From an uncultured Gammaproteobacteria bacterium (lineage in GTDB: Bacteria; Patescibacteriota; Microgenomatia; CAYSOG01), in the NCBI GenBank assembly GCA_964432675.1, contig CAYSOG010000001.1:4523-68522 (forward strand): a DNA stretch of 64,000 bases, given 5' to 3'. Positions within the stretch are counted from its first letter, which is position 1; each line of letters starts with the position of its first letter. The position numbers were made by a program, and so were the translations under genes. The notes beneath the pieces were generated by a model that was given only the letters and a program-made list of their open reading frames with translations, was not told the origin of the DNA and searched no databases. Below are positions 36,914 to 46,711 of the stretch, one piece after another.

Positions 36914-38236
36914 TCATCCGGTAGCAGGAACGCATGCTGCGAGCATTGCTTCACCAGGTTTGCCCATCACGTCAAAACTGCCGTCGGAAATTGGGTTGTA
37001 TGACCTGTCATGGTAGTTAAAAATCCAGTAGAATTCTCCATTAGGGGTTACATTTTGCCTGACGACCACATTGCACATGGCTTCGATGTAATTTGCCTGA
37101 TCGTTAAGGTTAATACCGGTACCTGGATTCCACTCCCATGGAACAAGATAGGCATGGTTCTGAGAGCCAATACCCCATTCTTGCAATACAAAGTAAACAC
37201 CACGGTCGGTAACGTTCATAGCCTTGACTTTTTCAGCTATCTTTGCAAGACCGAATTCTAGTTGCTGTTCCGTAGCATTTGATGGCACGAGATTTTTGAG
37301 CTCGAAGTACCAGTCAATACCGATAAGTTGGACGTACGGTTGCTGCATATAATCTTTGAGGGTGTCGTCCCAGTTGATTGAGAGAGCAGTAAGGCCTTTA
37401 AACCCGTTTGCCCTCATTTGGTTGATAATCCCTATCCATTGGTCTCCGAAGTATTCAAGATAGGCGTTTTCTGAGCTAATGGAAACTGATTCGGCACCAT
37501 TTTGGACTGCCAGCATTGTGATGGGTCTCATAACGTTTAGCCAGTAATTCGCAAACCACCTTTGAATATTTGCAGGAGGTTCGTCCATCATGGCGTTACC
37601 CTTCCAGTGTTTACTGGCATTAGGCCCATAATACTGGATTGTGCCATTTGGTGCAGTAATCTGCCACTCTTCAGCCATTAGCGGTCGCAGCATGACCGTA
37701 AGCCTTCTTTCGTGAGCCATGCTGATGAATTGAGCTATGTGCTGTGGTGACAATCCCCGGTCTTTGAACGACATGCTTCCAGTTTCGTAGTAGGGAAACT
37801 GCGGGTTTACGTCGTTGTAATCAAGCGTGTAGTACGCCAAGTTTAAGGCAACAGCGTTGGCATGGACTGCAGTGGCGCGATCCAGAATTTGGGTTGCTTG
37901 CGCTGTAAAGTCTTGGTCGGACGGATTAGAATACCAGGCGGTATTAATGCCGACAAAGCGGTAGGGTGCACGTGGTGCTTGATCTACGGGTTGTGCTGGT
38001 GTCTGATCGGTACTCGCTATAGTGTTAATGTGCGATTGGTTGCCAATGGCAAGATCTGGTATATCGCGGCTGGCTGCGGCTTTCGCAGGGCTGCTCATAT
38101 TTGGATCATCGTATCCTACTGCCTTGTTAACCTTAAAGAGTGAACTTATGAATGAACTACTAACTAGAATGACGATAGTAATAAGTTCTTTCTTTCTCAT
38201 AATAGGAATTATACAATATCGGCGGTTATTATTCAA
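36914..38236 (-). CDS. Secreted glycoside hydrolase, GH113-like (clan GH-A); start probably at the later MRKKE
   Basis: AH..L.VMLRP, W.G, WF.NY, SISSE, NWD, IGIDWYF.L, QEWG, G.FYW. Confidence 0.75.
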   Translation of the reverse strand: MNNNRRYCIIPIMRKKELITIVILVSSSFISSLFKVNKAVGYDDPNMSSPAKAAASRDIPDLAIGNQSHINTIASTDQTPAQPVDQAPRAPYRFVGINTAWYSNPSDQDFTAQATQILDRATAVHANAVALNLAYYTLDYNDVNPQFPYYETGSMSFKDRGLSPQHIAQFISMAHERRLTVMLRPLMAEEWQITAPNGTIQYYGPNASKHWKGNAMMDEPPANIQRWFANYWLNVMRPITMLAVQNGAESVSISSENAYLEYFGDQWIGIINQMRANGFKGLTALSINWDDTLKDYMQQPYVQLIGIDWYFELKNLVPSNATEQQLEFGLAKIAEKVKAMNVTDRGVYFVLQEWGIGSQNHAYLVPWEWNPGTGINLNDQANYIEAMCNVVVRQNVTPNGEFYWIFNYHDRSYNPISDGSFDVMGKPGEAMLAACVPATG

Positions 38237-38316
38237 GCCTATAGAAATACTAATATCTTTGAGGAACTGTTATCCTTACGAGAATTCCCAAGTGGTGTAA
38301 TTGAAGATATAGAAAG

Positions 38317-38817
38317 TTATAATTTGCGGTTGTCGCCTAGTTCTAGAAGGTAATCATTAATGCCGCCGTCGTCTTTCATTTCGCGCAAGGCGCTGCCTTC
38401 ACGGTCTAATTCCAATGCAGCTTCTATTTTGTAAGTCTTGCCGTCTGCGGATGTTTTAAATATATAGCACTGTTTTGGTGCAAGTGGATCTTGGGGCAAC
38501 CTGGGAAAATATTTTTGAATGTTGAGATAGTGGGGGTCGAACTTAAGCCAGCCAGTGCCGTCAACAGCTTGCGATTGGTCACATGAACTGCTAGAAACTG
38601 ATTTTGGAAACAGTGCGACATCGGTTGGCAACGATTTTAACTCTAAATTGATCATATAATCTAAGGAGTACAATTGTGCAAGGCGCTGGTTATTGTGCCT
38701 GATTATTGCTTCATTGGTTGGCATTAAGGCGTAAAAGACTATCGCGCCAAGTACGATAAGAATGATACATGCGATGAGGTAATCGATTTTCCGGCCGTAT
38801 TTTGTGAAGGACTGCAT
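38317..38817 (-). CDS. Pilin/pseudopilin-like secreted protein
   Basis: N-terminal TM; DGTGW, LPQDP, YKIEAALE, DGG motifs of CPR pilin heads. Confidence 0.55.
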   Translation of the reverse strand: MQSFTKYGRKIDYLIACIILIVLGAIVFYALMPTNEAIIRHNNQRLAQLYSLDYMINLELKSLPTDVALFPKSVSSSSCDQSQAVDGTGWLKFDPHYLNIQKYFPRLPQDPLAPKQCYIFKTSADGKTYKIEAALELDREGSALREMKDDGGINDYLLELGDNRKL

Positions 38818-38948
38818 CCTACATATATTATATAGTGTTATGGCAGAATATGCAGTTTATACTCTCTCTTTTCAGATTAACCTCAGGTAGTACTTGTGTT
38901 TGTAGGGTATACTAAGACACAGCATTCTACGAAAGGTGGTGAACATTT

Positions 38949-39434
38949 TTGCCGAGAAAAACGCTTTTAAGTGCAATTATTTTAATCATATTAGTGGTCG
39001 GTGCAGTGCTTGTAGCAAAAACTGTTTTGAAACCAAACCAGGCTGGCGAAAATAATACAACAGCCATGGGACAAGCAACAGAAAGTGCAATGGCTACGCC
39101 ACAGGAAATGGCAAGTACTTCTGCCATCAGTCCACAACCAACAACAGCTAGTACATCAAACATTAAGTCATTCACCGTAACCGGAAGCAATTTTGCGTTT
39201 AGTCCAAGCACACTGACTGTTTCCAAAGGTGATACGGTGAAAATAACATTTGTCAATTCTGGTGGCATCCATGATTTTGTGATTGACGAATTTAATGCCA
39301 AGACCTCTAAGATACAATCAGGCCAAAGCGAAACTATCCAATTTGTGGCCGATAAGGCTGGGAAATTTAGCTATTACTGCTCTGTTGCTAACCACCGTGC
39401 TATGGGGATGGAAGGGACACTCACCGTACAATAG
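38949..39434 (+). CDS. Membrane-anchored cupredoxin (plastocyanin-like)
   Basis: FSPSTLTV.KGDTV, HDF, YYCSVANHRAMGM type-1 Cu ligands. Confidence 0.9.
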   Translation: MPRKTLLSAIILIILVVGAVLVAKTVLKPNQAGENNTTAMGQATESAMATPQEMASTSAISPQPTTASTSNIKSFTVTGSNFAFSPSTLTVSKGDTVKITFVNSGGIHDFVIDEFNAKTSKIQSGQSETIQFVADKAGKFSYYCSVANHRAMGMEGTLTVQ

Positions 39435-39516
39435 TGCGTTATAGCTTGTCACTAGAAATTAGCAAAGTCTTCAAAGTAGGCGGAATGGGAAAGGGTTTGT
39501 ATAGGGCGTATTAAAT

Positions 39517-40317
39517 TTAGCTTAGTAAGACGCCGCCATCGACGACGATTTGTGCGCCAGTCATGTACGATGACATATCAGAAGCTAAAAAGAGTGCAAC
39601 TTTGCCGATATCATCTGGTTCACCCATACGGTGCATTGGAATTTTTGCTAAAAACGCTTCAATAAACTTTGCCATGTCAATTGTTGATGCTGATTGGTCC
39701 TTTGGATGAGTTCCAGGTGTATCAATACCGCCTGGGGCAATAGCGTTCACCCAGATTTTATGGGGCGCCAATTCCAGTGCACTATTTTTCGTAAATCCCC
39801 ACATACCATGCTTTGATGAGTCATAGTGGGCTAGTCCGACCATAGAAGGATGTAACGCATCTATTGAGGTAATATTAATGATTTTGCCACCCTTGCCTTG
39901 TTTTATCATTTGGGCTGCGGCATATTTAGTGCAAAGAAAAGTTCCTTCTAAGTTTACCTTGATAACCCTTTCAAAATCGGAAGCTTGCATATTCATGACC
40001 GGTATGTTTGGGTAAATGCCAGCGTTGTTAACCAGAATATCAAGTGAACCAAAAGTTTTGACCGTTTCCTCAACCATGCCTTGGATGTCTAACTCGCGCC
40101 CAATATCAACACTTACGGCATGAGCAGTAAAGCCCTTGTCAGACAGCTGTTTTTGTGCCTCCTTGGCCTTATCTTCCTGCATGTCGGCAATGACAACCTT
40201 GGCTCCAGCTTCGGCTAACCGATAGGCAATACCAAATCCAATACCAAGGGCTCCACCAGTAACAACTGCAGTTTTTCCAGAGAGACTAAGTAGATGTGCA
40301 TTCGGTACCATATCCAT
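39517..40317 (-). CDS. Short-chain dehydrogenase/reductase
   Basis: TGGALGIG, NNAG, YDSSK, VDGG. Confidence 0.95.
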   Translation of the reverse strand: MDMVPNAHLLSLSGKTAVVTGGALGIGFGIAYRLAEAGAKVVIADMQEDKAKEAQKQLSDKGFTAHAVSVDIGRELDIQGMVEETVKTFGSLDILVNNAGIYPNIPVMNMQASDFERVIKVNLEGTFLCTKYAAAQMIKQGKGGKIINITSIDALHPSMVGLAHYDSSKHGMWGFTKNSALELAPHKIWVNAIAPGGIDTPGTHPKDQSASTIDMAKFIEAFLAKIPMHRMGEPDDIGKVALFLASDMSSYMTGAQIVVDGGVLLS

Positions 40318-40357
40318 ACATTTTTAGACTACATAGTTTTAAGAAGAAATGCAAGAT

Positions 40358-41101
40358 TTACCTAAGGTGTTGGGCCAAAAAGGTAAGCGTTTTGTGCCAA
40401 GAGTCTACTGCGGCTTCTTTATTGTAGGTGGCAGGATTGGTATCGTTGAAAAAAGCATGGCCAGTATTGGGGTAAACGATGTCTACAAATTGTTTGCCAT
40501 ATTTTGCCATGGCGTCTTTTAGTTGGGGCAATGATGCCATAAGCTTTGTGTCTTGTTCTCCATAAAAGGCAAGCACAGGACACTTCATTGCCTTGATTTT
40601 CTCGAGTGGTTCAGGTGGTCGTCCGTAAAATGGTACGGCTGCTTTAAGGCCAACACCAGTGCAGGCTAAAGCGAAGCTATAAGTACCACCGAAGCAAAAG
40701 CCAACAATCGCAATTTGTCCGTTTGACCTTGGATGATTATAAAGGTAAGAAAACACGGCTTGTAATTTACCAACCGTTTCTGCCCCAAATTCCGGTGAAT
40801 GGACAGGCGCTGTTGCCTCGCGCATTTGTTTCTGTGCATCGTCGCGTGTCGCAGGGTTTTGCATCTTTGCAAGCAAATCTTGGCTAATTTTTTCCGTTAC
40901 ACCACTTTTAGACAAAAGGTCTGGCGCCAAAACAATATAGCCCTGTTGCATGAACCGATTGGCGATGTCTTTTATATGGTCGTTCAAGCCCCAGATTTCA
41001 TGGATTAAGATTATAGCGGCATGCTTTGCCTTATCATCAGGTGCAGCCAAATAAGCGTTTATTTTGCCATTATCGAATTCCACTGAAAAGTTAGATCCCA
41101 T
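40358..41101 (-). CDS. Dienelactone hydrolase family protein
   Basis: HEIWGLN, GFCFGG, YGEQD, HAFFND. Confidence 0.95.
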   Translation of the reverse strand: MGSNFSVEFDNGKINAYLAAPDDKAKHAAIILIHEIWGLNDHIKDIANRFMQQGYIVLAPDLLSKSGVTEKISQDLLAKMQNPATRDDAQKQMREATAPVHSPEFGAETVGKLQAVFSYLYNHPRSNGQIAIVGFCFGGTYSFALACTGVGLKAAVPFYGRPPEPLEKIKAMKCPVLAFYGEQDTKLMASLPQLKDAMAKYGKQFVDIVYPNTGHAFFNDTNPATYNKEAAVDSWHKTLTFLAQHLR

Positions 41102-41192
41102 ATCCTCAAAATTATATCACCCAGGAGAAGTAATTATAGATAGGCACCGAAGTTCTGTGCAGCCATAATTTTACTAGTGTACAATAAATTGC

Positions 41193-41462
41193 ATGCAATC
41201 GATTGTGCCAATATTTAGTAATTTTAATGGGAGCATACAACCTATTTTGTATGCCATAAGTCACCCGCTGCCATTCGTTTTTTACTTTGTCGGTGGAATA
41301 TTCAATAGCATTCGGCAAGTACAAGACAATGCCGCATCGGCAGTTTTTGGCTTCCGGGCATATATTTGGTCTGTATCAGGGCAACTACAAGATACGATTG
41401 TAGCTACCCTTTCCCAAATCCCCCTATTAAAACCGCTTATTATGGCTGTAATGCAAAAGTAA
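41193..41462 (+). CDS. Small hypothetical membrane protein
   Basis: TACAAT 7 nt before ATG; hydrophobic segment. Confidence 0.5.
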   Translation: MQSIVPIFSNFNGSIQPILYAISHPLPFVFYFVGGIFNSIRQVQDNAASAVFGFRAYIWSVSGQLQDTIVATLSQIPLLKPLIMAVMQK

Positions 41463-41505
41463 TATTTCCTAAAAATCCTTCTGAATTAGCTGATGTGTAT
41501 CGTGG

Positions 41506-43290
41506 CTATTTATATTCAATAACATAAAAATCAGGATCACCGTTTGGGTAGCGGATAACGGATTTTAACAAGGGGGATTGGTTATACGCCTGCGAGATTA
41601 ATGGTTCATTCGTACTTAGTGCATCAGCTGCAATGATCGCCAGTGTCCCCTTGGGTACTATGCTTGCGAGAAAATAATCACGCCAACTTCGTTCACCTGG
41701 GGCCAAGATGTAGATATTGCCGAATCGATTGCCACTGACATTTGGGATAAACTGCTGTGTTTTGAGAGGAAGGCTTTTTTGAAACACTGACGGTTGGACT
41801 TTGCTGTAAAAAAGATACGCCATGAGTGCCGAATCATGATGGGCATCTATTATAATTGTATCGTAGTTTGGGCTTTGTGTGATGGCCAGTTTGACTGCCT
41901 GATCAAATCCGTAATTGAAATATGGTGCACTTTCTTGTCGGTAGACACTAAAGTAGTAGTTGTAAAAATTTAATACTTCAATCGACCAGATTGCGGCGAA
42001 CAAAATAATCGCAAGAACTTTTATTTTTCCACGGAGAATGGTAAATAAGTACAAGATACCGCAGCTTGCCACAAATCCGAGCGCCGGTACCATAAAAAAT
42101 AAACGAGACGCATGCGAACCGCCGTCACGGGTTAAGGCTGAAGGAATTGGTGCTAACAATAGCCAAATAAGTAAAATCCACACTGGTTTGCCTAATTTTT
42201 GCCTCTCTACGACAAGGTAAGTAAAGCCAAATAATAATACTAATGACATAATGCGGTACATTTCCCCAAGACCATCTTTGGCGGGGGATTGGCGTAAATT
42301 CGGGTCACCATTAATAAACAGGAAATGTATAGAAAATGCTTCAAGATAATTAGTCGTAAACTTGTCGATAATATAGAAAGGCTTGTTAATTAACACCTTG
42401 TCAATCAAGCGGGGCTTGAGTCCAATTTCCTTTTTCGCACCCGAACTTAGTTCTGAGAGTTCACGCTGATAATTAATTTGTGTAGCGATTGTTGGGTCGG
42501 TAAAGATAGAGGTTTCCAAAAATCGCTGGTTGCCCTTGCCTTCGAGATTTTGTGTTACTGCCGGAAAGACAATGAAAAAAAGTACTAATGTTGCACCTAT
42601 AAGATACTTTTTTTTGAATTGCATAAGCTGACGCCAATAGAATGCTAGCAATGTTAGTAATACCATAGGGGCAAATAATTTTGCGGTGCTGTAAGTATAT
42701 GGGAGTAAACCAAAGCAAATTGCAGAAACAAAAATCCATTTTCGATTTTTATCAAGCGCGTTAAAAAAACTATACAATCCAAATACAGCAATCGGAAGTT
42801 GGCTTACTACTTCAAACGCCATGCGGCTATATTGGAAGTACCAAGGTGAAACACCAAGTACCAACGCTGGAATCCAAGCCCATTTCTCACTTTTAAATAT
42901 TTTTGAGGCTAAAAGATAGGTTGTAATAATGCCGATAAGACTAAAGATAACCGCGGGTAACCGAACAGCCGTTGCAGTGAGGCCAAATAGTGCCACGAAT
43001 GGTACGGTCGCATAGATATAAAGTGGTGTTCGATACTCGGCAAAGGAATGTAGCTGAAGCGGCAAGAAATTACCAAAATAGTCTTTGCCGGTTTTTAGTA
43101 AGGAAAATGCTTGGTAACCGACGTCCATTTCATCCCAATAAAGCCCCGAAGGGAGTTTCGAAAGTTGCCACAAACGTAAAATTGCTGCAACAATTAGTAT
43201 GATAATAAGTATTATTCTCGGCCGTTTATTTTCAAAGATGATTTTGGAAAAACGGTTACTGAGTTTTTTTTGTCGTTGACCTTGGGCCAT
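41506..43290 (-). CDS. ArnT/PMT-like (GT39/GT83) glycosyltransferase
   Basis: LR...L...P.GLYWDE...GY.A.SLL.TGKD, VRLP, SPW..QYSR..FE, FLF..GD. Confidence 0.88.
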   Translation of the reverse strand: MAQGQRQKKLSNRFSKIIFENKRPRIILIIILIVAAILRLWQLSKLPSGLYWDEMDVGYQAFSLLKTGKDYFGNFLPLQLHSFAEYRTPLYIYATVPFVALFGLTATAVRLPAVIFSLIGIITTYLLASKIFKSEKWAWIPALVLGVSPWYFQYSRMAFEVVSQLPIAVFGLYSFFNALDKNRKWIFVSAICFGLLPYTYSTAKLFAPMVLLTLLAFYWRQLMQFKKKYLIGATLVLFFIVFPAVTQNLEGKGNQRFLETSIFTDPTIATQINYQRELSELSSGAKKEIGLKPRLIDKVLINKPFYIIDKFTTNYLEAFSIHFLFINGDPNLRQSPAKDGLGEMYRIMSLVLLFGFTYLVVERQKLGKPVWILLIWLLLAPIPSALTRDGGSHASRLFFMVPALGFVASCGILYLFTILRGKIKVLAIILFAAIWSIEVLNFYNYYFSVYRQESAPYFNYGFDQAVKLAITQSPNYDTIIIDAHHDSALMAYLFYSKVQPSVFQKSLPLKTQQFIPNVSGNRFGNIYILAPGERSWRDYFLASIVPKGTLAIIAADALSTNEPLISQAYNQSPLLKSVIRYPNGDPDFYVIEYK

Positions 43291-43467
43291 GATGTACAAA
43301 GCATACGGTGAAGTGATGAAGAGGTCAAGCGGCAATTATAGTATAGTGTTCATCCCCATTTAAGCCGGTGTGAGAGCAAAAAAGGCATTATACTGTTGAA
43401 CAACAGTAAAAAAGCAGTCGGCCGAGAATTGCAAAAATATCATTGTGATCATACAATACAATCACTT

Positions 43468-44226
43468 ATGAAATCACATAGCACCAAAATGATTAATGAT
43501 ACGCCGGTTGAAATCGAAACGTTTGACCCAAAAGGCAAGCGTATTTTAATGATAAGCGCCCATCCTGACGATGCCGATTTCGGCGCCAGCGGCACGCTTG
43601 TAAAATGGCTGAAAGAAGGGGCAAAGGCCGCTATTGTCATTTGTACGAACGGTGATAAAGGGTCGAGTGATCCAAAACTGACAAGCAAAGAGTTAGCAAA
43701 AGTCAGGCACGACGAGCAACTTGCAGCCAGTAAGTTTTTAGGGTTAGACAATACGTGGTTTTTAGATTATCCCGATGCCCATTTGGAAGTAACCCAAGAG
43801 TTAAAAGAAAAACTAGTCCGTATTATTCGTGAGTATAAACCCGATGCTATTATGACTTTTGATCCAACAATGGTGTATTCTGTTGTCCGCGGCACGATCA
43901 ACCATCCCGACCACCGGGCCGTTGGACAAGCGGCGCTTGATGCCATTTTTCCTATGGCACGTGACTTTTTAACATTTCCAGGTCATGGAAAAGAAGGCTT
44001 ACAACCGCATAAAGTAATCGACATTTTTCTTTACAACTTTGATAAAGCCAATTTCTTCGTTGATATTAGCCAAACAATTGACACAAAACTAGCCGTATTA
44101 GCCACCCACAAAAGCCAAGTCAATTTTCCTGATACCGAAACATGGTTACGTGAATGGAATCACAGAAACGGCAAAAAAATCGGTGTTGAATACGCTGAAG
44201 GCTTTGTTCATATCCACCTACACTAA
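43468..44226 (+). CDS. PIG-L family deacetylase
   Basis: AHPDDAD, TNGDKG, R..E, HPDHR, HKSQ, YAEGF. Confidence 0.93.
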   Translation: MKSHSTKMINDTPVEIETFDPKGKRILMISAHPDDADFGASGTLVKWLKEGAKAAIVICTNGDKGSSDPKLTSKELAKVRHDEQLAASKFLGLDNTWFLDYPDAHLEVTQELKEKLVRIIREYKPDAIMTFDPTMVYSVVRGTINHPDHRAVGQAALDAIFPMARDFLTFPGHGKEGLQPHKVIDIFLYNFDKANFFVDISQTIDTKLAVLATHKSQVNFPDTETWLREWNHRNGKKIGVEYAEGFVHIHLH

Positions 44227-44243
44227 ATTGGTAGAGAGGCATG

Positions 44244-44273
44244 AAAAAAGCCCCGGCTTATGAGCCGGGGCTT
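44244..44273 (-). terminator. Terminator between convergent units
   Basis: AAGCCCCGGCT/AGCCGGGGCTT stem with an A-run on the left. Confidence 0.8.
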
Positions 44274-44295
44274 GCTATATAGCAAATTAGACTGG

Positions 44296-44478
44296 TCACA
44301 GAACCGGGTCGCGTTTATCGTGTTCGTCCCGGTCAATTGCTTCTTGGCTTTTCCACACTAAAGCAAAAAAATTGTATCTAACACTGAATCCTTTTACTTC
44401 CCAACCGTCCAATTCTAATTCATTAAGTCTGCGCGATAACTTAAATTCATCTGAATTTGATACCACCATAAACGGCAT
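44296..44478 (-). CDS. Small hypothetical protein (DUF1737/DUF4177-like)
   Basis: LSRRLNEL..DGWEV.G; AAGGAG SD. Confidence 0.6.
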   Translation of the reverse strand: MPFMVVSNSDEFKLSRRLNELELDGWEVKGFSVRYNFFALVWKSQEAIDRDEHDKRDPVL

Positions 44479-44516
44479 AGTTTAACCACTCCTTAATGTG
44501 CAGGGCTTGAGGCAGA

Positions 44517-44810
44517 CTACTTTTGTAGTGTCCAGTATTTGAGCTGCAACAATTCATCTTCAGACCCTGCGATATCAGGCCCTTCGCTAACATGGTACCT
44601 GAGATGGCAATGCTCCAGGCCCTGAAGTGATGAAATCGGCACGAGGATAATGGATGGAGCGTGGTCGCGGGTTGAGGAGCTAAACTCTTGCAGCATTGCA
44701 TTAATTGCTGCTGAGCTTTCAGAATCCTCTGAAGAAAGCTCTAATATCCATCTGCCATCTTCATCTTTGGCAAGAATTGCTTCAAGTTTGACCTTTTGTT
44801 TAGTCGTCAC
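44517..44810 (-). CDS. Hypothetical protein
   Basis: GTG 44810 with AAGGA SD; the ORF-track extension overlaps another sORF. Confidence 0.55.
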   Translation of the reverse strand: MTTKQKVKLEAILAKDEDGRWILELSSEDSESSAAINAMLQEFSSSTRDHAPSIILVPISSLQGLEHCHLRYHVSEGPDIAGSEDELLQLKYWTLQK

Positions 44811-44841
44811 TACTTTTTCCTTGCATGATTGTATGATCGGC

Positions 44842-44943
44842 TTATCTATCTTCCAAGATTTTGAGTGCGCCGTCGGCGCCTGGGACATGCCGGACGTAGA
44901 ACATAAGTGCCGATATAATTCCAGCACCAGACTTGTCCTTCAT
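44842..44943 (-). CDS. Putative 33-aa small protein (not in ORF track)
   Basis: MKDKSGAGIISALMFYVRHVPGADGALKILEDR*; AGGAGG upstream. Confidence 0.4.
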   Translation of the reverse strand: MKDKSGAGIISALMFYVRHVPGADGALKILEDR

Positions 44944-45121
44944 GGACAATTACCTACCCTCCTAATCTATCAACATGATGCTGAAGGTATGTGGGATACT
45001 CGATGTTAACGTACCAATTGCAAGCGCAATTGAATAGGCAAATTATAGAAGTACTAGCCGTAATTAGCAACGATGTTTTCAAGTCAAGTTCCTTCGATAT
45101 GATATATTAGAATAACGAACA

Positions 45122-46339
45122 ATGGATACTATGAAACTGCCTAAGATTTCCTCTACTGGTAACAACAATGCAGGGTTTGCCCAATTGGTTATTGTATTAG
45201 TTCTGTTAGCTGCGGTTAGTAGTTTTGTGGTTGTGCGGCACATTGTCCAAACACAATCAAAAACAACTAACACCCATTCTCTTGATACCTCATATCTTTC
45301 AGTACTCGGTAGCTTCAAGGCACTTAAGCAAAAAGCCCAAGATGATGGACAAAAAGGTGCATCAACGTCTGCAGTTGTGGCGCAATTTCCACAGATATTG
45401 CTATTTGTTAAGGAAAACCAAAACGATAATGCTTTGAAGCTGATTGCAAGCTTGTCGGCGCAACTTGATGCAAACCTGGCTGCAAAATTGGAAGCAGATC
45501 GTATTGCTTCCGAAGCTGCTAAGAAGAAAGCCCAACAAGATGCTGCGCGACAAGCTGCCGTTGCAGTCCAGCAAACTCCTGTGGCAACGCCAGCTCCAGC
45601 CCCAGCGCCTAGTAATCCACCGCCAACCCAAACAGCGGGGAATGGCTATTCACACATTACCGTCTCGAATGATCATGGTAGTTTTGCCGTTGACGTTATT
45701 AAAGTTGATTTAGGTTCTGGTGACAGAATTATTACGGATAGTGGCAACACTACAGACTGTGCTGATGGTTGTATCGCCTTACCATTTACCGAATATCTTA
45801 ACCGCAATAACGCTTATGCCGGCATGAACGGGACCTATTTTTGTCCGCCAGATTACTCATTTTGTGATGGCAAAACTAATTCATTTAATTGGTTTGTCTT
45901 TAATTATCCGGCCAAGACATTTTTGAATGCCGATAAAAGGGATTACTCAAATGCTGGCAGTTTATTCGTTTTTCGGCCGGGGTCGGTTACGTTTTACCGA
46001 AATCCGCAATCGTTTGGGCTAGATACTTCTATCACTGGTGCAATTGCTTCATTCCCGACAATGCTGGCTGACGGCGCTTGGGTATTAGATGACAGTTTAA
46101 TGGATGATAAACAGCGTACCACCAAGGGTAACCGAGGTGGTTTAGGTAATAGCGGCAACACTGTCTATTTAGTTATTGCCCATAATGCGACAGTGCCAGA
46201 CTTGGCCTCGGTGATGCAAACCATGGGTATTACAAACGCGGTTAATTTGGATGGCGGTGGTTCCTCAACAATGTACGATGGTGGTTTTAAGGATGGCCCC
46301 GGCCGCCAACTACCTAATGTAATCCTCGTAGCCCACTAG
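45122..46339 (+). CDS. Phosphodiester glycosidase (NAGPA/DUF2233) family protein with a pilin-like N-terminus
   Basis: NGTYF, R.GLG, AVNLDGGGSSTM, R.LPN; AG-FAQLVIVLVLL N-terminus; PA-rich linker. Confidence 0.82.
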   Translation: MDTMKLPKISSTGNNNAGFAQLVIVLVLLAAVSSFVVVRHIVQTQSKTTNTHSLDTSYLSVLGSFKALKQKAQDDGQKGASTSAVVAQFPQILLFVKENQNDNALKLIASLSAQLDANLAAKLEADRIASEAAKKKAQQDAARQAAVAVQQTPVATPAPAPAPSNPPPTQTAGNGYSHITVSNDHGSFAVDVIKVDLGSGDRIITDSGNTTDCADGCIALPFTEYLNRNNAYAGMNGTYFCPPDYSFCDGKTNSFNWFVFNYPAKTFLNADKRDYSNAGSLFVFRPGSVTFYRNPQSFGLDTSITGAIASFPTMLADGAWVLDDSLMDDKQRTTKGNRGGLGNSGNTVYLVIAHNATVPDLASVMQTMGITNAVNLDGGGSSTMYDGGFKDGPGRQLPNVILVAH

Positions 46340-46417
46340 AAAAATCTTACTGTGTATGTTACTATTCATCGCGCAACCTTAAAATCTAGCCTTAAATTGC
46401 TTATGGAGGATAGGTAG

Positions 46418-46621
46418 TTGCTCGTCACTAATGCCTCAGTGAAGGATGACCTAAAATTTGAGCATGAATTACTGACACAATTTTTATCCGTCACCGATGA
46501 CCTATACAGCAAAGTTAATGCACAACTCCGAATGCTTAATAGTCCACTAAAACTACGGCATCGAAATTTTGCTGTGATTAGTAGGCGATTAAATGAACTA
46601 GATCACGATTTAGCCGATTAA
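46418..46621 (+). CDS. Small hypothetical protein
   Basis: TTG with GGGAGGA SD; own terminator. Confidence 0.5.
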   Translation: MLVTNASVKDDLKFEHELLTQFLSVTDDLYSKVNAQLRMLNSPLKLRHRNFAVISRRLNELDHDLAD

Positions 46622-46626
46622 TTGCT

Positions 46627-46656
46627 AGCCCCAGGAAAACAACCTGGGGCTTTTTC
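46627..46656 (+). terminator. Intrinsic terminator
   Basis: AGCCCCAGG/CCTGGGGCT stem then T-run. Confidence 0.8.
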
Positions 46657-46711
46657 TTAAGCAAAACCTCTTACTCGCAGTAAGCCATTGACTAGAGATA
46701 TAATAGGAGAA

